A stretch of 24,000 nucleotides of DNA from Actinocatenispora sera (lineage in GTDB: Bacteria; Actinomycetota; Actinomycetes; Mycobacteriales; Micromonosporaceae), in assembly GCF_018324685.1 (NCBI RefSeq), contig NZ_AP023354.1, positions 5,948,426-5,972,425 on the forward strand. The letters are read 5' to 3'. Position numbers and translations under genes: made by a program. Positions 1 through 8,668 of the stretch are shown here, piece by piece (position 1 is the first letter of the stretch; each line of letters begins with the position of its first letter). Under the pieces are notes generated by a model that saw only the letters and a program-made list of their open reading frames with translations, ran no database searches and was not told the DNA's origin.

Positions 1-286
1 AGCGGCCCTTGATGTTGCGCTGCCGCGCCTCGTTGTACAGCTGGTCGCGGGTGGGCCCGCCGGGGCCCTGACCACTGCCCGACCGGCGCCCGCCGCGCTT
101 CTGCGGCGAGGTGTCCTGGACGGAGCTCCGGCTGGCCCGCTTCGACTCGCCGGACTGCGCCCGGTTCTTGTTCACCGTGCGGGCGGCGATCTCCTCGGCC
201 CGACCCTCGCTGGTGCCGCGCCGCTTTGCGCCGGACTTGATGTGTTCGTACTGGCGTTCCCGTTTGTCGCTCCACGCGCGCGGCAT
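1..286 (-). CDS. Small basic conserved actinobacterial protein, 3' end lies beyond the window (MPRAWSDKRERQYEHIKSGAKRRGTSEGRAEEIAARTVNKN...DQLYNEARQRNIKGR). Members of this family are often annotated 'plasmid stabilization protein' or Rho-N-domain-like.
   Basis: Hand translation of the minus strand from the ATG at 286-284. The frame stays open to the window edge and third positions are mostly G/C. A GAGGAAGGTGG Shine-Dalgarno-like run (plus 295-305) sits just upstream. It is absent from the ORF track because it runs off the window. Confidence 0.55.
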   Translation of the reverse strand, partial: MPRAWSDKRERQYEHIKSGAKRRGTSEGRAEEIAARTVNKNRAQSGESKRASRSSVQDTSPQKRGGRRSGSGQGPGGPTRDQLYNEARQRNIKGR

Positions 287-512
287 GGCGAACACCACCT
301 TCCTCATCGACGGTCGTGGTTCTCCTACCCCGTCGCGCCACGGACATGCCTGATGCACCGGAACGAATGCCCGACCGGCGCCGACCGGACGCGGCGCGAA
401 GCGTCCTCCGCGACACCGCCGGCCGGCGCAGCGGTGCCGTCGACGGGACGGAGCGTGCTGCTCCGCGGCGCCCCGGGGCGGCAGACGCCCGCGTGGCACG
501 GTGCGCTGAGCC

Positions 513-1592
513 CTACCGCGGGGCGGTGGCCCCCAGCAGCGCGGCGCGCAGCGGGCCCGGCAGCGTCTCGTACGGGCGAGCCGCCGCGGCGGCCCCCAGC
601 ACGGCGGTGGCGTGCGGGTCGGGCAGCGCGTTGGCGTACCGCAGCGCGAGCGCGTCGAGCGCCGCGGCGTCGGGCAGCCCGTACAGGCGGAACCGGGCCA
701 GGCCGCCGTCCGGCAGCAGGTCCAGCCGCAGCCCGGTCACCGGGTCGCCGGCGGCCACCCGGAACCGGTGGCAGGTGCCGGGCTGCAGCCCGATCTCCGG
801 CAGCAGCTCCCGACCGGGCGTACCGTCCCCGCTCAGCGCGGTCAGTCGCACCGCGCCGGGCGCGTTGCCGAGAAAGTGCCGGGCGTCGACCTCGGCCAGG
901 TAGGGCACGCCGGGCACGCCGAGGGCCAGCTCCACCCAGTCGTTGCCGTCCTGCCGCCGGCGCCGGGTCTCGAACCCATCGCCCATCACCGCGGCACTGT
1001 CCGGCAGCAGCAGGTTGTCGGCCGGGGCGAAGAAGCTGTCGCTACAGCCGGTCACGTGCCCGCCGATCGCCGCGCCAACCAGGTCCACCGGGCAGCCGGC
1101 CAGCTCGCGCGGGTCGGGCAGCGGCTCGCCGAACGCCCGCAGCCGGGCGACCCCGCCGTCCGGGAAGATCCGCAGCCGCAGGTGCGTCCACCGGTGCTCG
1201 TCGGGCACCTCGAACTCGTGCTTCTCGTTGCCGCGCAACGGTTGTACCGGTACCAGCGTGGTCCAGCCGGTGAGCTCGTCGACGTCCGGGTAACCGTCGG
1301 CCGCAGTGGCCTCCACCGCGCAGCGTTCCGGGAAGTTGCCGGTGAAGTGCGCGGTGTCGACCACGACCCGGCGGACCACGCCCGGCACGCCGAGCCGTAC
1401 CACCGCCCAGTCGACGCCCGGGGTGCGCCGCCGCCTGGTCTCCCAACCGTCGTAGACCTGGCCGTGCGGGCCGAAGGTCCGGGCCGCGTGGCTCGGTGCG
1501 GCCGGCTCGATCAGGTTCTCCTTGCCGGCGAAGAACTCGTCGTTGGCGGCGACGACGGTGCCGCGTACCGCGGCCGAGGCGAGATCCAGCAT
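513..1592 (-). CDS. alc: Allantoicase (allantoate amidinohydrolase), 359 aa
   Basis: Internal ATG of ORF 513..2237, giving MLDLASAAVRGTVVAANDEFFAGKENL.... There are two tandem allantoicase-type repeats (DGWETRRRR... and DGFETRRRR...). AAGGAG lies 8 nt upstream of the ATG. The gene starts 4 nt after the allantoinase stop. Confidence 0.9.
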   Translation of the reverse strand: MLDLASAAVRGTVVAANDEFFAGKENLIEPAAPSHAARTFGPHGQVYDGWETRRRRTPGVDWAVVRLGVPGVVRRVVVDTAHFTGNFPERCAVEATAADGYPDVDELTGWTTLVPVQPLRGNEKHEFEVPDEHRWTHLRLRIFPDGGVARLRAFGEPLPDPRELAGCPVDLVGAAIGGHVTGCSDSFFAPADNLLLPDSAAVMGDGFETRRRRQDGNDWVELALGVPGVPYLAEVDARHFLGNAPGAVRLTALSGDGTPGRELLPEIGLQPGTCHRFRVAAGDPVTGLRLDLLPDGGLARFRLYGLPDAAALDALALRYANALPDPHATAVLGAAAAARPYETLPGPLRAALLGATAPR

Positions 1593-1596
1593 GACA

Positions 1597-3126
1597 TCAG
1601 CTCCTTGTCGTCGGCCCGGCGGGCGGTGTCTCCGGCTCGGTGGCCGGTGGATTCGCCGGCCCAGCAGCGGACCCGAGCGGGTCGGTGCCGGCCGGCGCGG
1701 GCCGAGGCGATGCGGCGCCGGCCGGGCGGCGGAGCAGGCGGCCGTGCGGTGCGGCGGGATCGACGGGTACGCCACGCAGCCAGGTACGGTGCACCACCCC
1801 GGCCAGCCGCCGCCCCGCGTACGGGCTGACCGGGTGGCGGTGCGCCAGCGCGGCGGGGTCGACGGTGAACCGCTCGTCCGGCGCGAACGCGACCAGGTCG
1901 GCGTCCGCGCCGACGCGGATGCATCCCTTGTCCGGCAGGCCGACCAGCCGGGCCGGGCCGGCCGCCATCCACCGCACCACGTCGGACAGGGCGTGCCCGC
2001 GGCGCCGGGCCTCGGTCCACACCAGCGGCAGCCCCAGCTGTACCGAGGCGATGCCGCCCCAGGCGGTGTCGAAGCCGCCCCGCTTGAGTTCCGGCGGGGA
2101 CGGCGAGTGGTCGCTGACCACGCAGTCGATCCGGCCCTGCGCGAGCGCGCGCCACAGCGCGTCCCGGTTCGCCGCCGAGCGCACCGGCGGGCAGCACTTC
2201 GCCGCCGTGTCGCCGTCCGCGATCTCCTCGGCGGCAAGCGTCAGGTAGTGCGGGCAGGTCTCCGCGGTCAGGGTGGTACCGGTCAGCGGCGCCAGCGCGG
2301 CCGCCGCCGAGACGTGCAGCACGTGCACCCGGGCGCCGGTGGCCGCGGCGAGCCGGACCAGGGTACGTACCGCGGCGACCTCGGCGCGCTCCGGCCGGGT
2401 GGCGAGAAACTCGGCGTAGCTGCCGCCGGCCGGGCTGCCCAGCTCGTGCGCGTCCTCGGCGTGCACCAGCAGCAGCGCGTCCAGCTCCGCCAGCCGGCGG
2501 GCCACCGCGGTCAGCTCCGCACCCGACAGCGGGGGAAACTCCGGGACACCGGAGTCGGCGAGGAAGCACTTGAACCCGAACACACCGGCCTCGTGCAGTG
2601 CGGTGAGCCGGTCCAGGTTGTCGGGTACCGCGCCGCCCCAGAAGCCGACGTCGACGGCGCACCGGCGCTGCGCGGCGGACCGCTTGCGCTGCAACGCATC
2701 GACGTCGACCGTGGGCGGGATGCTGTTGAGCGGCATGTCGATCAGGGTGGTCACCCCGCCGGCCGCCGCCGCCCGGGTCGCGGTGGCGAACCCCTCCCAC
2801 TCGGTGCGGCCCGGCTCGTTCACGTGCACGTGGCTGTCCACCAGCCCGGGCAGCAGCGCGAGCTCGCCCAGGTCGGTACCGCCGCCGTCGGTGTAGTCGG
2901 TGATCGCGGCGATCCGGCCGTCCCGGACGTGCACGCTCGCCGGCCGCTCCCCGTCCGGCAGCACCACCCGCCGCGACCTGATCGTCAGCGTCGATCCGGT
3001 CGCAGGCGGGCGGTCGTCGCGCGCGGGGCCGAGGGCCGGGGGCGGGTCGTGGCGGCGACGGCCGGGGGCCGGGTGCCCCCGCAGCGCCTCGCCTCCTCGG
3101 TCCTCGGGGTGCTCGGGTACGGTCAC
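1597..3126 (-). CDS. allB: Allantoinase (cyclic amidohydrolase)
   Basis: Metal-binding motifs DSHVHV, FKCF, VHAED and SDHSP are present, with dihydropyrimidinase/allantoinase-like order. The start is uncertain. The GTG at 3126 overlaps the upstream stop as GTGA and GC3 stays high through the 53-codon extension. The alternative GTGs at 2967/2964 give MVLPDGERPASVHVRDGRI. The Pro/Ala-rich C-terminal tail is about 45 aa. Confidence 0.85.
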   Translation of the reverse strand: MTVPEHPEDRGGEALRGHPAPGRRRHDPPPALGPARDDRPPATGSTLTIRSRRVVLPDGERPASVHVRDGRIAAITDYTDGGGTDLGELALLPGLVDSHVHVNEPGRTEWEGFATATRAAAAGGVTTLIDMPLNSIPPTVDVDALQRKRSAAQRRCAVDVGFWGGAVPDNLDRLTALHEAGVFGFKCFLADSGVPEFPPLSGAELTAVARRLAELDALLLVHAEDAHELGSPAGGSYAEFLATRPERAEVAAVRTLVRLAAATGARVHVLHVSAAAALAPLTGTTLTAETCPHYLTLAAEEIADGDTAAKCCPPVRSAANRDALWRALAQGRIDCVVSDHSPSPPELKRGGFDTAWGGIASVQLGLPLVWTEARRRGHALSDVVRWMAAGPARLVGLPDKGCIRVGADADLVAFAPDERFTVDPAALAHRHPVSPYAGRRLAGVVHRTWLRGVPVDPAAPHGRLLRRPAGAASPRPAPAGTDPLGSAAGPANPPATEPETPPAGPTTRS

Positions 3127-3509
3127 CGCCGCGGGTTCCGTTTGCGGTACTCGCGCCAGTCGGCGAACCGGTCGATGTCGAGCAGCGGTGCGGTGCCGCG
3201 GTACTCGCGCCGCAGGACGGTGGCGAGAGCCCAGGCACCGTCCGCGAGCTCCACCACGCCGAGTTCCAGCTCGTCCGGCTCGGCCGGCAGCAGGGCGCCA
3301 CCCACGGTCGCGAGCGGCACGTCGTACAGCTCGCCGCGCACCGCCACGCCACCGGACTCGACCCGCTCCAGCGCCGGAAAGCGGTCGTCCACGGCGTACA
3401 TCCGGTACGCCGGTGCGGTGCTGGTGATCGCGACCAGCGATGCCCCGGCTATCCGGTCGTGCAACCGGCCGCCGCGCATTCCGTCGCCGGTCAGGAACAG
3501 CAGTGTCAT
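3123..3509 (-). CDS. Gamma-glutamylcyclotransferase-fold protein resembling the C-terminal domain of allophanate hydrolase ('allophanate hydrolase-related protein'), 128 aa
   Basis: ATG at 3509 with GGGAG upstream. The sequence MTLLFLTGDGMRGGRLHDRIAGA...APAYRMY...FPAL...GELYDVP...LLPAEPDELELGVVELADG matches my memory of stand-alone AH-C/GGCT-like proteins. No database search was run. Confidence 0.65.
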   Translation of the reverse strand: MTLLFLTGDGMRGGRLHDRIAGASLVAITSTAPAYRMYAVDDRFPALERVESGGVAVRGELYDVPLATVGGALLPAEPDELELGVVELADGAWALATVLRREYRGTAPLLDIDRFADWREYRKRNPRR

Positions 3510-3563
3510 CCCGTCTCCCTTGCCGTTGGTCGACGTGCCCGGTGGGTCCGGTACGCCGGGTGC

Positions 3564-5852
3564 TCAACCGATCAGGTCCTGCGGCCGGATCGGGACCCGG
3601 TCGACCGGTCTGCCGGTCGCCGCGCGGATCGCCGCCACCACCGCCGGGCCGGCCGAGATCGTCGGCGGCTCGGCTGCCCCGCGCACCCCGTACGGCGCGT
3701 TCGGGTCGGCCAGCTCCAGCACCTGCACCGCCATCGGCGGCATGTCGAGAATCGTGGGAATCAGGTAGTCGGTGAACGACGGGTTGCGGATCTTCCCGCC
3801 GGACACCTGGATCTCCTCCATCAGCGCCAGGCCCAGGCCCTGCGCGCTCCCGCCGTGGATCTGGCCGCGGACCGCCTCCGGGTTCATCGCCTTCCCCACG
3901 TCCTGCGCGGCGGCCAGCTGCACCACCTTGACCAGGCCGAGTTCGGTGTCCACATCGACGACCGCGCGGTGCGCGCAGAAGCCGAACTGCAGGTGGGCGA
4001 AGGTCTGCTGACCGGTCTCCGGGTCCAGCGGGCGGGTACGGCGGGGATGCCACTCGACGGTCTCGGCGACCGTGTCGTCGCCGAGCACCTCGACCAGATC
4101 GGCCACCGTCTCGCCCGCCACGGTGACCACCTTGCCGCCGGCCAGATCCAGCGTCCGGTCCCCGCCGATCCGGTCGAACACCCGCTGCCGTACCCGGCGA
4201 CACGCCTCCTGCACCGCGCCGCCGGTCAGGTACGTCTGGCGGGACGCCGACGACGAGCCGGCGCTACCGACACCGGTGCCGGCCGGCGGGATCACCACCT
4301 TCTGCACCCCCAGCTCGGTCCGGGCGATCTGCTGCTGCAGCGTGACGTGGCCCTGGCCGACCTCGACCGCGGCGGTGGTCACCACCGCGACCGGCTCGCC
4401 GCCGAGGACGCGCAGCGCCACCCGGGCGGTGGAGTAGTCGTCGTAGCCCTCCGAGTAGCCGACGTTCTTGAACCCGACCGCGTACCCGACGCCGCGCCGC
4501 ACGCCTTCGCCGTGCGTGGTGTTGCCGGCACCGCCGGGCAGCGCGAGCGGATCGCGCACCGACTCGGGATCGGCCGGCAGCGGCAGCTCGCGTACCGCGG
4601 TGAGGATCTCGCGGACCGCGGCGGCGCTGTCGAGCACCTGGCCGGTGGGCATGCTGGAGCCCTCGTGCAGCGCGTTGCGCAACCGCAACTCGACCGGGTC
4701 CAGACCCAGCGCGTCGGCGAGCCGGTCCATCTGCGCCTCGTACGCGAAGGCCGCCTGCACCGAACCGAACCCGCGCATCGCGCCGCACGGCGGATTGTTG
4801 GTGTACATGCCCCAGACGTCCATCGTCACGTTCGGCACCTCGTACGGACCGGCGCCGAGGCTCACCGCGTTGCCGGTCACCGCGGTGGTGGTCGACGCGT
4901 ACGCGCCGCCGTCGAGCACGATGTCGCCCTTGACGTACACCAGCTTCCCGTCCCGGTTCGCACCGGTCTCGTACCGCAGGGTGGCGGGATGGCGGTGCAC
5001 GTGGCCGAAGAACGACTCCTCGCGCGAGTAGCAGAACTTCACCGGCCGGCCGGTACGCAGCGCGAGCAGGCAGGCGTGGATCTGCATGGACAGGTCCTCG
5101 CGGGCGCCGAACGCGCCGCCCACCCCGGCCAGCGTCAGCCGTACCTTGTCGGCGGGCAGGCCGAGGCAGGGTGCGATCTGGCGCTGGTCGCCGTGCAGCC
5201 ACTGGGTCGCGACGTACAGGTCGACGCCGCCGTCGGCGGCCGGCACCGCCAGGCCCGACTCCGGCCCGAGGAACGCCTGGTCCTGCATGCCGACCTCGTA
5301 GTCGCCGCGCACCACCACGTCGGCGACCGCGTCCGGGTCGCCGCGGCGGATCTTCGCGTACCGCACGATGTTGCCGTCCTCGTGCACCCTGCGCGCGTCG
5401 TCGGCCCGGGCGGCACGGGGATCGGTGACCGGCTCCAGCACCTCGTAGTCGACCACGATCGCGGCGGCGGCCCGGCGCGCGGTCTCCGGATGGTCGGCGG
5501 CCACGATGGCGATCGGCTCGCCCTGGTAGCGCACCCGGTCGATGGCGAGCACGGGCTGGTCGACCCGATCCAGCCCGAAGTGCTTGCTGGGCCCGGGGAT
5601 GTCGTCGTGGGTGAGCACCGCGTACACGCCGGGCATGGCCACCGCGGCGGTCAGGTCGACGCCGCGGATCGCCGCGCTCGGGTGCGGGCTGCGCAGCGTC
5701 GCGCCCCACAGCATGTCGTCGGTCCACAGGTCGGACGAGTAGGCGAACTCGCCGCGCACCTTGAGGATGCCGTCCGGGCGGTCCGGGCTCGCGCCGACCC
5801 CACCGGTGATCGGTACGCTCAGGTTTTGCGCGGACCGCGTCGGGGTGCTCAT
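3564..5852 (-). CDS. Xanthine dehydrogenase family, molybdopterin-binding (large) subunit, 762 aa
   Basis: ATG at 5852 with GGAGGGGAG upstream. It has the aldehyde oxidase/XDH a/b hammerhead N-terminus (ILKVRGEFAYSSD), GGAFGARED, a GSVQ...FAYE region and a C-terminal AAEPPTISAGPA motif carrying the catalytic Glu. Confidence 0.9.
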   Translation of the reverse strand: MSTPTRSAQNLSVPITGGVGASPDRPDGILKVRGEFAYSSDLWTDDMLWGATLRSPHPSAAIRGVDLTAAVAMPGVYAVLTHDDIPGPSKHFGLDRVDQPVLAIDRVRYQGEPIAIVAADHPETARRAAAAIVVDYEVLEPVTDPRAARADDARRVHEDGNIVRYAKIRRGDPDAVADVVVRGDYEVGMQDQAFLGPESGLAVPAADGGVDLYVATQWLHGDQRQIAPCLGLPADKVRLTLAGVGGAFGAREDLSMQIHACLLALRTGRPVKFCYSREESFFGHVHRHPATLRYETGANRDGKLVYVKGDIVLDGGAYASTTTAVTGNAVSLGAGPYEVPNVTMDVWGMYTNNPPCGAMRGFGSVQAAFAYEAQMDRLADALGLDPVELRLRNALHEGSSMPTGQVLDSAAAVREILTAVRELPLPADPESVRDPLALPGGAGNTTHGEGVRRGVGYAVGFKNVGYSEGYDDYSTARVALRVLGGEPVAVVTTAAVEVGQGHVTLQQQIARTELGVQKVVIPPAGTGVGSAGSSSASRQTYLTGGAVQEACRRVRQRVFDRIGGDRTLDLAGGKVVTVAGETVADLVEVLGDDTVAETVEWHPRRTRPLDPETGQQTFAHLQFGFCAHRAVVDVDTELGLVKVVQLAAAQDVGKAMNPEAVRGQIHGGSAQGLGLALMEEIQVSGGKIRNPSFTDYLIPTILDMPPMAVQVLELADPNAPYGVRGAAEPPTISAGPAVVAAIRAATGRPVDRVPIRPQDLIG

Positions 5853-5961
5853 CGTTCGCTCCCCTCCGTCGCCGGGCCGCGCCGTCGCGGCGGGTTCGTC
5901 CGGCGCGACGGCCGGCTCGGCGGCCGGCTCGGCGTGTCCACCATGGACTGCGCTGCCGTGG

Positions 5962-7317
5962 TCACCGGTCCACGCCTTCCCGCATCCGGGCGGCCTGCCT
6001 GGCCAGCGCCCGGCTGGCGTCCGCGGCGGACACCGTGCGCAGCGAGCCGTGCTCGATGACCGGATCGCCGCCGACCAGCAGCGTGTCCACCGCCGGCGCG
6101 GCGCCGAGCACCAGCGCCGCGACCGGGTCGGCGATGTCGGCGTGCGCCAGGTCGTCGATGCGCCACACCGCGACGTCGGCGAGCTTGCCGACCTCCAGCG
6201 AGCCGATCTCGTCGGCTCGGCCGAGGCACCGCGCGCCCCCCATCGTGGCGAGCCGCAACGCCTCCCGGATGCGCATGGCGGTCGGGCCGCCGCGGCCGCG
6301 GGCGGTCAGTACCGCCTGGCGCAGCTCGGTCACCAGGCCGCCGTCCTCGTTGGACGCCGGTCCGTCCACGCCGAGCCCGACCGGGGTACCGGCGTCGAGC
6401 AGCTCGCGCACCGGGCTCGTCCCGGCGCCCAGCCGGGCGTTGGAACTGGGGCAGTGCGCGGTGGCGCTGCCGGTCGCGGCCAGCCGCTTGATGTTCTCCG
6501 CGGACAGGTGCACGGTGTGCGCGAACCACACGTCGCCGCCGAGCCAGCCCAGGCCCTCCAGGTACGCGGTGGGCGTGCAGCCGTGCTCCGCCAGGCACTG
6601 CCGTTCCTCGTCGCTGGTCTCGGCCAGATGCGTGTGCAGCCGCACCCCGTACCGGCGAGCCAGCTCGGCGGAGTCGGCCAGCAACCGGGAGCTGACCGAG
6701 AACGGGGAGCACGGCGCGACGCCGACCCGCAGCATCGCGTCCGGGCGCGAATCGTGGTACCGCTCGATCGCCTCGGCCGTCGCCGCGAGGATGTCGTCGG
6801 TGCGCTCCACCGCCTCGTCCGGCGGCAGCCCGCCGTCGGAGGTACCGCGGTCCATCGAACCGCGGGTCGGGTGGAACCGCAGCCCGACCTGCGCGGCCGC
6901 CGCGATCCCGGCGCCGAACAGGTCGCCGCGGCCGGCGGGGAACAGGTAGTGGTGGTCGGTGGAGGTGGTGCAGCCGGTCAGCGCCAGCCGGGCCAGGCCG
7001 GCGACCGACGCGGCGTGCACGACGTCGGCGTCCATCCGGGTCCACGCCGGGTACAGGGTCACCAGCCACTCGAACAGCGTCGAGTCGGTGGCGAGCCCGC
7101 GGTAGGCCCACTGGTAGAGGTGGTGGTGCGCGTTGACCAGCCCCGGGGTGACGAGGCAGCCGCGGGTGTCGATCCGTTTCCCGGCCACCGAGTCCGGCGC
7201 GTCGCCGGCGCCGACCGCCACGATCCGGCCGCCGTCGACGACCACGTGGCCGGTGTCGTGTTCGGTGTCGTGACCGTCCACTGTGGCCACCGCACCGCCG
7301 GTGAGTACGACCCTCAC
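5962..7317 (-). CDS. Amidohydrolase of the guanine / 8-oxoguanine deaminase group, 451 aa
   Basis: GTG at 7317 preceded by GGAGG. It overlaps the upstream stop as GTGA. The metal ligand pattern is NAHHHLYQ, HLAET, HCPSSN and GVDGPASN, and the length fits this family. Confidence 0.85.
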   Translation of the reverse strand: MRVVLTGGAVATVDGHDTEHDTGHVVVDGGRIVAVGAGDAPDSVAGKRIDTRGCLVTPGLVNAHHHLYQWAYRGLATDSTLFEWLVTLYPAWTRMDADVVHAASVAGLARLALTGCTTSTDHHYLFPAGRGDLFGAGIAAAAQVGLRFHPTRGSMDRGTSDGGLPPDEAVERTDDILAATAEAIERYHDSRPDAMLRVGVAPCSPFSVSSRLLADSAELARRYGVRLHTHLAETSDEERQCLAEHGCTPTAYLEGLGWLGGDVWFAHTVHLSAENIKRLAATGSATAHCPSSNARLGAGTSPVRELLDAGTPVGLGVDGPASNEDGGLVTELRQAVLTARGRGGPTAMRIREALRLATMGGARCLGRADEIGSLEVGKLADVAVWRIDDLAHADIADPVAALVLGAAPAVDTLLVGGDPVIEHGSLRTVSAADASRALARQAARMREGVDR

Positions 7318-7790
7318 GACGTCACCTCCGCCCGGCGGGCCGCGGCGAGGCGGACCGCGTCCAGGATCTTCTCGTAGCCGGTGCAGCGGCACAGGTTGCC
7401 CGACAGGGCTTCCCGGACGGTCGCATCGTCCGGCGCGGGATCGCGCGCGAGCAGGTCGTGCGCGGCGACGATCAGGCCCGGCGTGCAGAACCCGCACTGC
7501 ACCGCGCCGGCGGACAGGAACGCCTGCTGCACCGCGTCCAGCTCGTCCCCGTCGGTCAACCCCTCGACCGTACGCACGTCCCGTCCCGCCGCCTGCCCCG
7601 CGGCGACGAGGCAGGCACACACCGGCGCGCCGTCCAGGTACACGGTGCAGGAACCGCACTCGCCCTGCTCGCAGGCGTTCTTCGAGCCGGGCAGGCCGGC
7701 CCGCTCGCGCAGCACGTACAGCAGGCTCTCGCCCTCCCACACGTCGTCGAGCACCTGCTCGGTCCCGTTCACGGTCATCGTCAGGCGCAT
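7314..7790 (-). CDS. Xanthine dehydrogenase family, (2Fe-2S)-binding small subunit, 158 aa
   Basis: MRLTMTVNG...CEQGECGSCTV...CGFCTPG...CRCTGY shows two canonical [2Fe-2S] cysteine clusters. The start overlaps the end of the FAD-subunit gene by 10 nt. Confidence 0.92.
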   Translation of the reverse strand: MRLTMTVNGTEQVLDDVWEGESLLYVLRERAGLPGSKNACEQGECGSCTVYLDGAPVCACLVAAGQAAGRDVRTVEGLTDGDELDAVQQAFLSAGAVQCGFCTPGLIVAAHDLLARDPAPDDATVREALSGNLCRCTGYEKILDAVRLAAARRAEVTS

Positions 7791-8662
7791 GTCCGGCCCC
7801 CCTGTCGGTACTCGCGCAGGCTCCACGCCGCGGTCCGCCGCGCCAGTACGGCGATCGCCCGGCGGCGGTAGTCGGCGGTGCCACGCACGTCGTCGATCGG
7901 TGCGGCCGCGGCGGCGGCCAGCTCGCCGAACCGGCGTACCACCGCGTCCGGTACCGGCGCGCCGAGCGTCCACCAGCGACGGTCGGCCAGCTCCGCGGTG
8001 AGGAACTGTTCGGCGGCGGTGCAGCGGCGCGGCGTGGGTGCCGCCGAACCGAGCGCGACCCGTACCCGCTCGGTGCCGGGGTCCAGGGCGAGCGCAAGCG
8101 AGCAGACCGCGATCACCATCGCGTTGCGGGTACCGACCTTGGCGAACTGCTGCGGGCCGGTCGCGACCGGCAGGTGCACCGCGACGATCAGCTCGTCGGC
8201 GGCCAGCGCGGACCGCTTGACCCCCTGGTAGAACCGCGTGGCCGGGATCCGCCGGGTACCCCGGACCGAGGCGACCTCGATCTCGGCGTCGCAGACCAGC
8301 AGCGGCGGATGCGCGTCGCCGGCCGGCGACGCCGATCCGAGGTTCCCGCCGACGGTGCCGCGGTTGCGGATCTGCGGCGACCCCACCGTACGGGAGGCCA
8401 TCGCCAGCGCCGGCAGCCGCGTACCCAGCTCGTCGACGATCCGCCGGTACGGCAGCCCGGCGCCGATCCGGATCGTGTCGCCGTCGGCGTCCCAGCCGTC
8501 GAGCTCGTTGAGCCCGCCGAGATCCAGCAGCGCGCCGGGCCGACCGCGGTCGAAGTTGAGCTCGACCATCACGTCGGTACCGCCCCGGATCGCCACCGCA
8601 TCCGGCCGCTGCGCGCGGATCGCCAGCGCCTCGGCCAGCTCGCGCGGTTGCAGGAAGTCCAT
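7781..8662 (-). CDS. Xanthine dehydrogenase family, FAD-binding (medium) subunit, 293 aa
   Basis: CoxM/PucC-like sequence: AIRGGTDVMVELN, RNRGTVGGNL, and a C-terminal CO-dehydrogenase flavoprotein domain (DDVRGTADYRR). Confidence 0.9.
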   Translation of the reverse strand: MDFLQPRELAEALAIRAQRPDAVAIRGGTDVMVELNFDRGRPGALLDLGGLNELDGWDADGDTIRIGAGLPYRRIVDELGTRLPALAMASRTVGSPQIRNRGTVGGNLGSASPAGDAHPPLLVCDAEIEVASVRGTRRIPATRFYQGVKRSALAADELIVAVHLPVATGPQQFAKVGTRNAMVIAVCSLALALDPGTERVRVALGSAAPTPRRCTAAEQFLTAELADRRWWTLGAPVPDAVVRRFGELAAAAAAPIDDVRGTADYRRRAIAVLARRTAAWSLREYRQGGRTCA

Positions 8663-8668
8663 CGTGCC

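Noticed and set aside
111-353. An 80-aa plus-strand ORF at the left edge
   Set aside because: It lies antisense to the better-supported minus-strand gene (1-286), which has an SD, high GC3 and a recognisable conserved N-terminus.
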